Shown here: in pieces, positions 42,838 through 55,500 of the stretch
How positions within the stretch are numbered: position 1 is the stretch's first letter
Layout of the letters: every line of letters starts with the position of its first letter
Notes under the pieces: generated by a model
What the model was told of the DNA's origin: nothing
Database searches by the model: none
What the model saw: only the letters and a program-made list of their open reading frames with translations
Made by a program: the position numbers and the translations under genes
NCBI GenBank assembly: GCA_012295275.1
Contig: CM022678.1
Coordinates: 3,410,001-3,474,000 of the forward strand
Direction of reading: 5' to 3'
DNA from: Chrysomallon squamiferum
Lineage: Eukaryota > Animalia > Mollusca
Length of the DNA stretch: 64,000 nucleotides

Positions 42838-45800
42838 TAAAGAATAATAATAAACTAACAAATAAATAAATAAATAAAAATATAAATATGGTCAATAACA
42901 ATAACAATCTGTCTGTACTTTCAAATGTTTTCTTTGTTTTATTCTGAATCTGTACCATTCCCTTTTGTTTCAAGTTTTCACTGTAAGTCAGTTTTATATT
43001 ATCCTTCTCTACATATTCTCATTCACGTCCTCTCTTACTCTGTTTCTCTTTCCCCACATTTAAATACATATTCATTCCTCTGTCCATCCCATCAGCAAAA
43101 TATATTTCCATCCATCTTCTCTCACTCACCCTCTCTTTCACACACACACACACAAACTTGCATATTAAGTAGTCTGTAATTTCTTTATTTCAGATGTGAT
43201 CTAGGTACACACAACACACGAGCACTCTAACACACTAACCGAGTAAAGAGTAAATATCAACAGGAGATATGACATCTTCGTAGTCTCTTAGCTGTATAGC
43301 TGTCCTCATAGCCGCTTCCACATACCCTGAAACAGCATGAAACTAGTTATATATCATAAATTATCTTTATCACTGTCATTATCATTACATAGCACAACCA
43401 AATAATTGTTCTTATTTTTATCATATTCATCATTATCATTACATAGCACAACCAAATAATTGTTGTTATTTTATCATATTCATCATTATCATTACATAGC
43501 ACAACTAAATAATTGTTCTTATTTTTATCATTGTCATCATCATCATTAGACAGAACAACAAATAATAGGACATAAACTGAAAGAGAATATTGCCTAAGAA
43601 GGTATTAAGAAAGGTTGATCCCAGCAACCCATAATATCTGAATCCAGTATTCATTATCATTATCACTATCATCATCACCATCATCAACATCATCATCATT
43701 ATATAGAACAACCACATCATGAGAGACTAACTGGAAACAGAATACTGTCTAAGAAAGCATTACAAAATATCAATCCCCGTGACTCATTAACACCTAAATC
43801 CAGCACCCTACAGACTATCTCCACCCCCCCTACTGACTATCTCCACCCCCCCTACTGACTGTCTCCACCCCACTACAAACTGTCTCCAACCCCTACAGAC
43901 TGTCTCCACCCCACTCCTGTGTTTACCTTGATGCAGCTGTCTCTGACACATGATGTAAAAGTGATAGGCCTCTGCTCCGCGCCACGCACTGTCAATCAGT
44001 TTAGAGTCGCTGACGGCAAACACATCTTCTTCCAGAAAACCAGCTAGAGCTGACGTAGCCTAGAGAAAAATTAAATTAAACATTTTAATTTAAACAAGAA
44101 AAAAAAAAATAAAAATAATAAAAAAATAAAACAGACATGCACTATATATTTTTAATTTAAAGTATCTGAAAGTAAATGCTGAGTTACCTCGAATCCTGCC
44201 CCTCGTCTTCCTGCAGATTTGTTTTTCGATCGTGAGGTGAGTTTCATGGACTCGTGGTACTGTTCAATCAACAGGCCTGCCAGAACGTACATCTTCTTTA
44301 AATGCAGAGGTTTGCTCCCCTTCTGCGCCTGCTCGTTAGCAATCTGAAGTCAAATAATTTATTTGTAATAGATCATTAGTTTTCTGTAGTTAAATAAGTA
44401 AATAAAAACATACTGTAGGTACATTTTAATATACACACAAATATATACATATGTATAAATTCTAGCAAACTATCATAAACAAAACACATAATATCATAAA
44501 AATTCAAAACTATCATAAACAACACATTGAATATGGAAAACTACACACACACCCCTCACCCTCACCCTCAACCTCACCCTCACACACACAACACACACAC
44601 ACAAACACATATATGAACACATTCCTACTGTCAATCAAACACTGTGTTTCACCTACACACAAACACACACATTACAAAACACCCTAGACATACCTTGTAC
44701 AGAAGTTTCGCTGCATCAAAGTAATGCCCTGCCTTCCTGTACAGCTCGATGGCGTTGATAGTCTTGTTTTTCTCTAGCAAGTGCTGAGCATACTTTGCTA
44801 GCAGAGTGTCTATCTCGTGTACGTTGTACTTCTTGGCCAGGTCGATGGCCTGGTTCCACTGGTTCAGGTGCACACAGGTGTCTATGGCATCCTTCACATG
44901 ATTGCACTAGCAGAGAAAGCCAGGGAGACGTATTTTAGTACCATAAAACACACAACAGTAAATCTTCTGTTAAACAATATCATGTACAGTATTGTAATTT
45001 AAGATAATAAAGATAATGGAGATGGAGATGGACAAAGTGAGAAGGAAAAAGGGACAGAGAGACAGAGAGACAGAAATAAAAAGTAAGACAGAGAGACAGA
45101 GAAAGACAAAAAGTAAGACAGAGAGACAAAGAGAAAAATGACAAAAAAAGAGATGAACCCAATGATTTTTTTTCAATATTTTCACCTTTTCCCATAAATG
45201 TTTGAAAATTATTTTGAATAGTGTCTTAAATAGTAGATGATAGATGTTTTGCTGTAGTTTTTTCTTTCAAATTACACTATACACTTTTTCTAAAAGGATT
45301 TCAGATAAGCCTGTACACTGTAATCTGTCTAAAAGGATGTTTAAATATTAAACACTCACTCTGAGGTAGGCAGCTACTGCCTGGGTGCACATCCCAACAC
45401 TGACAAACATGGCAGCTATATCCTGAAAACACAATTTTTTAAATTAAAACAATGAAGTCTAAGACAGGAAACAAATACTTTTGAAATACCAATCAGAAAT
45501 AATAAGCAAGATTGATTTTTTTTTTAAATTTTTTTATTGATTTTATTTTAGTATTATTTTTTTTTTAAATATTATTTTAATGATTTTATTTACCTATATA
45601 TTGTTGTTGGTTTTTTTTATCATTTTTTTTTTTTTCTGTGTTTTTTGAGGGTGTATTAAAATTATTAATAAAAAATAAAGGTTATTTAATTTATATGTCT
45701 GCTACATGTATTTATCTTTGTTTTTGTTTTTTTTATTTATAATTTTGTTACATATTTAAAATAAAAATGAACTACACACAGGTAAAAGCTTGTGGTTTTC

Positions 45801-48800
45801 AGGGAGCGTTGACCAGTTTCTCCAGCCCCGAGTACTCCTCCAGCATGTAGTAACACTCTGCAAGTCTCTCCTGATTTCTGCCCTGAATGTAGTACGTCAG
45901 TGCCTGCTGCCTGGTTAATAAAACAAATTAAAACAAGTAAGTATGTAGGTAAATAAATAAATAAATAAATAAACAAATACATAAATTTATTAATTCATTA
46001 ATTAGCTTTATAAATACATCTGTAAACAAATATATAAATAAATAAATGCATTTTATAAATAATAAAATAAAGAAGTAAAATTAAAATAATATTTAAGAAC
46101 ATATAAACATTAAAAATAATATACATTAGTAATCCCATAATTGATTTATTCTATTGTATCATCTACATTTTTAATTTCTTGTTTCTTTTTTTTTTTTTTT
46201 TTTTTTTTTATCCTGTCATTTTATTCCCATTTTATTAATTATAATAAACTGATACAAAAGATTTAAAACAAGAAATAAAATTGACTCAAAATTTCATTTT
46301 ACTTTACACCCAAATATGATAAAATAACTAAGCATTATTTAAATCACCATTTCTGTCTGTCTGCGTAGTAATCACCGATGGCATTCCACGCCTCTTCCAA
46401 CTGCAAGTCGTCTCCCCCTGAACCAGTCTTCAAGAGCTGAACAACCCGAAACCAGTCTCCCAGTTTCTTACGCAGGTTCACTGCCAAGTCTCTACAGAAA
46501 GCACAAAGAGGTAAATAACATTGGATGGATGGATGGATGGACAGAATTATATTTGTAGTAAAAGTGAAAAATGTATTGATAAATGGCTGGTTGGTTCCTT
46601 GAGAGCCAAGCCTGGATTTGTGAGTTGAACAGGTTAAGTAGTCTGCATGAACAGGGTGTATTGATGGACAGAAGGATTAGATGGATGAATTAATGGTCAA
46701 TGGATGGATAGACAGATGGATGAATGAATGGCCATATGAATGGATGAATGCTTGTACTAATGAAAAGTGGACTAGACAGTCAGAAGCTTGGATTTGTTAA
46801 AATGGATAATTGATGAATGGTCAGTATGCATAGAAGGATGTTTGGAAGGATGTTTAGAAGGATGTTTGAGATAATGGTTGAATGGTTGAAAAGATGAACG
46901 GCTGGTTAGAACTGATAGAAGTGTACACAGATAAGTACTGGTAGAGAGAAAGTCAGACAGAGAAATAAATAGATAGAAATGAATTGACGAATGCAATAAA
47001 CAAAGTCATCTGAAAGAAACAATCGACTGGAAAAAAACAAAAAACAATCAAACAAACAAAACAAACAAACAAACAAACCTCCTGTCCATGTCGAGGTACA
47101 TTCGCTCTGCCTCCTCGAAGCGTTTGAAGTAAGCTGCAATCTCTGCCTGCTTCATCGTCTCACTCTGCAGGTTTCCCAGTCGCTTGACAAACTCTATACT
47201 CTGATAGTCCTGACACTTCACAAACGCAGTCTCCGCCACTTTCAGATTTAACTGCTCTAACGCAGATTCAGCAAGCAGACGCCTGAAGTCAAACAAACAA
47301 AAACAAAAAATAAAAAACTAAGGGATGAAAGTTTGAATGTACAGATAAAGGAATGTGTGAAAATGATGTTTACTGGAGATGAATATTTATTAGTGAAATG
47401 TTGTCATTCAGGGTTTTTTTTAATTTTGTCTTGAATAAAGAGATAGTTGTATATAAGATTAACAATGCCTTATGGGATCTCAGTTATTTTTAATAATTTA
47501 GTACTAGTTATGGACAACATTAGGCTTACTGTAATAATCTGGGATGTACACATTAAAATAATCTACTAGTTATATATGTGTGTGGATTTTCTTTAATAAT
47601 CTGCTAGTCATATACAAAGGTTAATCTTACCATAATCTGGGATGTGGATTATCCTCGATGAACTGCTGGGCATCAGTTATTCCAACTTTTTCTAACAAAT
47701 CTCTTGTGTCGCGTAAAGACTGCAGAAAAAAAAGAAGATTTAAAACACAAGATTAACTATTAAATTTACTGTCAATGCCTAACTGTAAATTAATTATTAA
47801 TGAAAAAATTAAAAGAATTACACACCTTAATTTCCATCTCAGTAATGTCCTCTCTGGTAGGATTTTCAGGATCTTTCATAATCTCATCGAGAAGAACAGA
47901 TTTTATCTGCAGGTCGTTAAACCGACAGATGTAACCACTGCTCAGAATGGGTTCCTGTTTGGTTTAAACATGAACAATAAATTAAAACAAGCCCCAAAAA
48001 TAAAATATATATATATATATAAAAAAAAAACAAAATTTCAAATATTTACTTTTCAGTCAAGTGATATTTCTGAAATTAAAAAAAAAACACACAAAAAAAT
48101 ACAAAAAAAACCCTCAGATATGAAAAGGATAGGTAAGTCAGTAATTTTTGTTTGTTTTTGTGGGTTTTTTTTTTTTTTTATGGCTGATGTATGTCTGTAT
48201 GAGTTTGAGATCAATATGGCTGAGAGAGAGAGAATAAACTCACAGAGACAGACTAGAACTAGACACACGAACAGACAGACAAATAACCTGATAAACAGGT
48301 AGAGAGAAGTGATAAAGTAAACAGAAAGAAAATATTACGCACCTCAGGATCAAGGTTTCTGAAGATGTACATCCTCGTCTTCTCCATCATAGAAAACAGC
48401 TCTGGGTTGTCCTACAGAAAAATAAAATATTCAAATGCCAATAACACTAAAATTAATCTGTCTTACAACACCTGATTTCTTTTTTATCTCAATGAAATAA
48501 GAATATTTACAGCAAACCAAAACAAAATTTTAAAACGAATATACTAAAACCAAGCTGGAAGTACATAACATTATTTAAAGCTTTTTGTAAGCTTATATAT
48601 AAGATTAAAAATATCTTGGTGAACTTTTTAAAGCAGTTTGTATATATGAAACTAAAATATCTTGGAAATATATAAAATTGTTTAAAGCTATTTATATATA
48701 AGAGACGATACAAGACTCTGATTTAGACAAAAGTCATGATAACGGGGTGCATGTTTTACAACTTGTATTAATTCATCTAGAAAACTTTGTCAGCTTACGT

Positions 48801-50131
48801 TAGCCCACTTCATGTCCCAGACGTCTTTTCTCTCAAACTTGAGCTGCTCTCCGATTATCTCTTTGCCATTCTCGTCTGTGACTCGTGTGTTGAGATCAAA
48901 GAAATTCAAAACACCAGCGATGTCAATGATAGCCAGTCGACTGCGTCACAGAAATTATTTACAGATATATATTTTATTTTTCTACACTGGTTAATTTCAT
49001 CAAAACAAGTCATGGAAACACTATTTATTAATTAAAATGTTTTAGTTTTTGATATTTTCATAATAATGAGTGAATCACTGGTAAACAGAACAGCTTTATA
49101 AAATTCGGATTTTTACATTTTTATATAAGACATCAAGTCATGAATATACAAAAAAAAATTAAAAAAAAATAAAAAAGGTTATCTTCATCAACAGCCATGA
49201 ACTCTATATTTAGCTGTTACACTTTAGTTATGTTTAAAAATAACTAAACTTGACGTACAATTTAAAAACACCTGATGACAAAACAGCTCAAAAGTTAATT
49301 TACTGTTACCTACACTTTTATATTCACTTTTATTTATGTTTAAAAAAAACCCCAAAAACTTTAATGTAAAATAAAAAGACACCTGTTATGATTTATTGTT
49401 ACCCATACCAGATAAGTTTTAATGTTACTGTTTTTATATTAAACTGAGTGTTTAAGATAAGGTTACCTTGAAGTACAGTTCAGAGAGAGCTGGTGAGGGC
49501 GACATGTCAGATTGTATTTGTGAGTCAGAGCAAGAACAGGCATTGAGTAACGATTCAGGACTCCTGATTCTCTCCCCTGAAAGACCAAGTTAGAGAATTT
49601 ACTAAATTATTTTTTAAAGTTTTTATTAGAATATTGATTCAGTACTCCTGATTCTCTCCCCTGAAAGTTATAAAATTTACTAAATTATTTTTTAAAGTTT
49701 TTATTCAGTTAATATTGATTATGTATTCCTGATTCTTTCTCCTAAAAGGTTCAACAGATCAAGTTATAGAATTTATTAAATTATATTTAAAGTTTTTATT
49801 ACAATTAATTTTGATTCAGTATTAGTGATTTTCTCCCATGAAAGGTTCAATACATCAAATTATAGAATTTACTAAATTGTTTCTTAAAGATTTTATTACA
49901 ATTAATATTGGTTCAGTACTGCTGATTCTCTCCCCTTAAATTATTTATTTACTCAAACAGACATGAACATTTTTATTATATTAATTAATATTAATGGCTC
50001 TTTCATTTAAAATATAGAATTCATTAATTAACAACAATAACAATAAATGCACTTACCACAATAAGAATTTTGTCAGATGCACAAACACAACAGATTGGAT
50101 CTTCTGAAGACTAAATAAAAAAAATAATGAA

Positions 50132-50175
<44 letters not shown>

Positions 50176-50483
50176 TAATAATAACAGTAATAATAACAAT
50201 AATAAAATAAATTAGTTATTTAAGAGACAGGCAAAATAAACCTGCAGAAGCATCATTTAAATTATATTTTTATCTCCCCTTATCATACTCAGGTTAGTAC
50301 AGTTTCTGTAGATGATTTCTACAAATGGTATTTTTGTAATTTCACAACACATACATTACAGATGGGTTAAACACCTTTATTTTAAAACAGATTTAGACAG
50401 CTTTATAATAGAATATATACAGATAGATTTATATACAAATAAAACTATGAAATGTGCTAATTATTGATTTGACATACACTGAA

Positions 50484-50530
<47 letters not shown>

Positions 50531-52545
50531 AATACTGCATGTATATTTACAAACAATACTACTTATATTAATACAGTGCTACAATACAAATACAACAAAA
50601 ACATCACTGATTTGAACACTGGATAAAGAACTGTTGCAACAATACACTCAACAAAAACCTTAACATATGACACCAGGAAATGAAAGAGGAAACCCAGTTA
50701 AGCAACATGCTATTCTACATTTCTTTTTCACCAGCAGTAAGAGATCTGTTATATTACCCTCCCATAAACAGGAAAACAAACACCACACATACAATGACAA
50801 ACTGGCTGTGATAGGAGATAGCAAAATCTGCCAGTGGATCAGGCCGAGATTTGATCTTGCAATCCTTCATGCCTCAGTCCTGCATTCTAACCATCAAACC
50901 AGAAAAAGTTCTCTGTGTGTGTTTAATGGATGTATCTATCAACTCACCACCATTTAATGAAGTCATTATCAGCTGACAAGTACACAGATAATATAGAATG
51001 TGCTGCTTCGTGGACTGTTAGTTAGTGTTAAGTAGCAACAAGAGATTTTTTTGCAAACACCTTCTCATTGGTAGGATAACTGTTACCATGGCCTTTGATG
51101 AATCAGTCAAAAAGTACAGGATGGATTGGGATACTACCTAATGTACTGTCATTTTATGATGTCAGTGAATTGAAGTCAATAAAAATAAGGACACGAATAT
51201 ATGACTGACAGAACACATCCCTTTAATCTGAGTAAGTACGTTAAGTATGAATTCAAAGCAATAAAAAGAACAAGTATAAAAATTGTAAAATTTCTACAAA
51301 CAAAAACACCTGACAAAAATTCAGCACTGAAACAAACACAAAACAATAATCAAACATTCATGTTTAAAATAATAATATATCAAATATAGGTAAAAAAAAA
51401 TGTTCAAAAATGATTTGGGGTATTTTTTTTCTTGGAATTAATTTAGTTGCTCTAAACATTTTGATTCAACAAGCTTTTTTTTTATTATTATTATTTTTAT
51501 TTATTTATTTATTTTATTTTATTTTATTTTATTTTATTTTATTTTATTTTATTTTATTTTATTTTTTTTTTTTTTTTTTTTTTTTTTTCAGTAATGTTTT
51601 GAAATTAATTTTATTTTCACATTCACTTAATGTTTTTCATTTTGATTTTGTAACAATAGACACAAAAAAGCAGCAACACTAACTACAAAATTTACCACAA
51701 TGCAACATAAAAAAATAATCATAATAATAAATAATATATTTTAAAATTATATATCACATATTTACTAAGCTAAAACATAGTAAGATCTCTATCAAAATGA
51801 GTGTTTTTCTATTAAACACTACATTTTGTTTCAGATACCTTTAAGTTTGTTCGTCCTTTCAAAGCCTTAATTAAAAGTTGATGATAAACAAATATTTAAT
51901 TATATTATTTATATATTGTTTAGAAAAATAATGAAATTAAATACATGTGTGATCTTACTAACAATTATTAATGTTAAGTTAAAAAAAAAAAATGTGTCAT
52001 ATTTTCTTGGCAAATAACTGAGATTAGCTGTCTGAATTTATATATTGTTAAGTCAACGCAGACACACATGCACACACACACACACACACACACACTGAAA
52101 AGCCTAGGAATGGTGTATGCAAAATTTAAATATTTATGTTTTAACTCGCCAAATTAAAGTACAAAAGATTTTCAGGGTGGTTTATGTGAATTATTTATTT
52201 GAAATTATTGTAAATAAAGCGTTAATTTAAAGAGGTGATGTTAGAATTTTAAAACTTACATTGAATGCTTTACTGAAGTCAATCTCTTCAGCTGGGGCAG
52301 TGCCAGACGGCATGTCATCTACATGAAACAGACTGAAACAGAAACAATAACTACATAAAATACACTGAATTGTCCTTATTTATTAAAAAACAAAACAATA
52401 ATAATAAATGCATAAATAGAGATACATACATACATGTGTACATTCGTAATTATGTATACATACACACACACACACACAAAAATAACCTATATTAAATTAA
52501 AGATTACCAAAATTATAAAGGCTCCTTTCACATTATATTTTTTAC

Positions 52546-52586
<41 letters not shown>

Positions 52587-55500
52587 TATTATTATACACA
52601 GAGCATAATTTTGCAAAGTTCAAATGAACGGAAATAAAAAAAAATAAAAAATCTCCAAAATTCTATATTTATCTTCTAAAAACTCAACAAAAACAGACTA
52701 CTTTTTGTCTTTATTAAAATAAAATAAAAGATTAAATATAAATGTCCTTATTTGTTAAAGAACAAATATATTTAAAGATCTTTCTCCATTTTTTTTTAGT
52801 GGTTTGTTTCTATTTTTAATTATCAATTAGTGATAAAGGTATCTCCAAAATCGATACTATAAAAAAAAAAAAATGTATTATGTTATTTTAAATAATTTAA
52901 TAGACTTACCGTTCCAGCCCAGCCTTTCTCTTTGTAACCATTTCTAGACTTGCCAGTTTTTTGGATTCTTGAACTGCCAGGAATAGAAAACTTCTCTTGA
53001 TGCTGCGATGATGTGGTTTTTCGTCATCGTCAGAAACACTGGCTCCATCTCAATGTACTTTGAGTCAAGAGGGGTCCCAATAGAGTTACACAAAGCCAGC
53101 ACGTACTGCTGAAATATTTTCACTTGTTAAGAAATTTGAATAATTTGTGAACTTCAGAGTAAAACAAAGCTCTTATAAAGAAATGCATAAAGAAAGCAAA
53201 CACCTTAAAATGTTTTCATACAAATAAATTTAATTAATGTACTTTGAGTAGTTTATTGTGAAATGCATAACACTGCATAGAAATTAATATATATATATAA
53301 AGATAAACTTTAATAGTTAATGGGTTTTGAACTAGATAAGATTTCATACAGAAATGCATAAATGCAGGATTACTTCAAATATTTACACAAAAAATAAATC
53401 TTAATTGTTAACAAACTTTTGATGTGCTTGATATTTCAAATGGAAATGCATAAAGCCAGTAAATATTCAAAATAATTTTCCAAAAATAAACTTGAATAGA
53501 TAATTTTGAATTAATTTTTACACAAATAAATTTTAATGGACAAAGCACAAGACATCAAGTAATGCTGAATATTTTTATACTAATATTATCTTCATCATAA
53601 TTAATAACAGTAAAACAATTTTAATGATAAAAATATGTTTACTTAATGTAATAGTTCTGAGAAGATATTTAATGATTAAGAAAACAAATTTTCATTTGGT
53701 AACAAAATTAAGGCAAAAAAAAAACAATCACATAACACTGCACCTGTCCAACGCCTTCTTCAGCTTTGGTTGCCAAGCAACAATAGTCTCCATAAGTCGT
53801 AACACCAATCAGATTCTTAACATACTTCACATATTTCTAAAAATAAAGTCCAGATTTTATAATTTAAAACACAAAATAATATGGTCATAATATAACATAA
53901 GACATGTAAATTGAAGTGGCTGGATATATTTGTGTTGACCCTGATTTGTTATAAGAGTCAGATTTTTAAAAATTTAAATGAGGAGAGTTGGAAAATGTTT
54001 TCCTTAATTTGGAAGATACACGATTTTTGTAAAAGAAATATAAAGAACAACGAAGATAAAATATGTGATTTTTCTTTGATTATGATTTGTGTATTATTTA
54101 TTTATTTATTTATTTATTTGAGGTTGTGAATGCTAATTTTAATTTTCACACTATTAAATTTGCTATCACTTTACACATTAAAAAACATTATTTGATCATT
54201 ACGCCACAAAAAAGTGTTATATATATTAATGTACCTTCCTTATTAATTTCAAAAATGAAAAACCCGAAAAAAATGATAATAAAATGTGAAATACAGTGAC
54301 ATATATGATACCTCAGAATTCTTGGTGTCCCAGAAGATGACACAGTGTTCCTGACGGTCTGGTTTAGTGAAAGAATAGACAACTGTGTTAGAACAGTAAC
54401 CCCACTGAAAAATATAAACATTTAATTAAAATCACTTTTAGACATTAGTCAGAATATTTGTTATTAAAACAGGACTTGGTTCACTGAAGTATATGAAATG
54501 TTACTTAATTTAAAAAAATTAATATTTAGAATTCTTTAATTTTTTAATTCATTAATAATAACTTAAATAATTCACACCTAACCAAAGATGAGACTTTTTA
54601 ACAAAAGTGTATGTATTAAACATTTTAAGTTATTATTAATATTATTAAAATAGATCATATTCCACTAAAGAATAATCTTTATTAAAATGTTAACTTTATT
54701 AATAAATTAAAATTTAGAATACTTTTTTTTTTTTTCATTAATAATAATTTATTTAATTCATATTTAACCAAAAAGAAAACTTTAACAAAAACAAAAATAT
54801 ATATATTCTTCCAACATCATGACACCCTTTGGAAGACAACCAGAATTTTGCTACCAAATCAAAATCCACAATAATATTCAAGAAACGTAAAACATTTTTA
54901 GAAGTTTTTGATTTATACTATTTCCCACAACAACAAAAAGAAAAGATCAAGACAGCAAAAACAAAATTAGTAACAAATAACAACAAAGTATAAATACCTT
55001 GTAATCTGGTCTGATGTTTGCAAAGTAAATAAAAGAGTCAACAGCAAGAGCAATTCGAAGACTTCCACCTTCCCATGAACATGAGTACATCATTTTTCCT
55101 GGTACCTTTAATGTTCGGAGGTGCTTGAAAATTTTAAAAATAATAACAAGAATTACTGAATTAAAAAATAATTGTTAATGAATATCAGATATCTAAAAAT
55201 AACCCCCAAAAATTGCAAATAAAATATTTTCAGTCTTCCAATTCGCTTGTATAAAATAAAATTATAAATGTATTATTTGCAAAAATGCAGAAAAACTAAA
55301 TTTGTTTAAAGATTTAATCAAACTCTTTCTGGGAAAAAAAATATTCATCATTTAATAATTACTAGGTGTTAAATATATAGCATTTTGAAATTAGTATCAA
55401 CAAGAAAAGGATTTTTTGTTTTTTTCCCTCAGATTTATTTAAAAAAAAGGAAAAAAATAATTAATTGAATGTCAAGATTTTAACTAGTTTTTTTAAAAAT

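Noticed and set aside
47521-47560. Duplicated WDR35 exon-20 end (ataatctgggatgt) as an alternative exon
   Set aside because: Only about 14 nt of identity, with no intact acceptor or frame.
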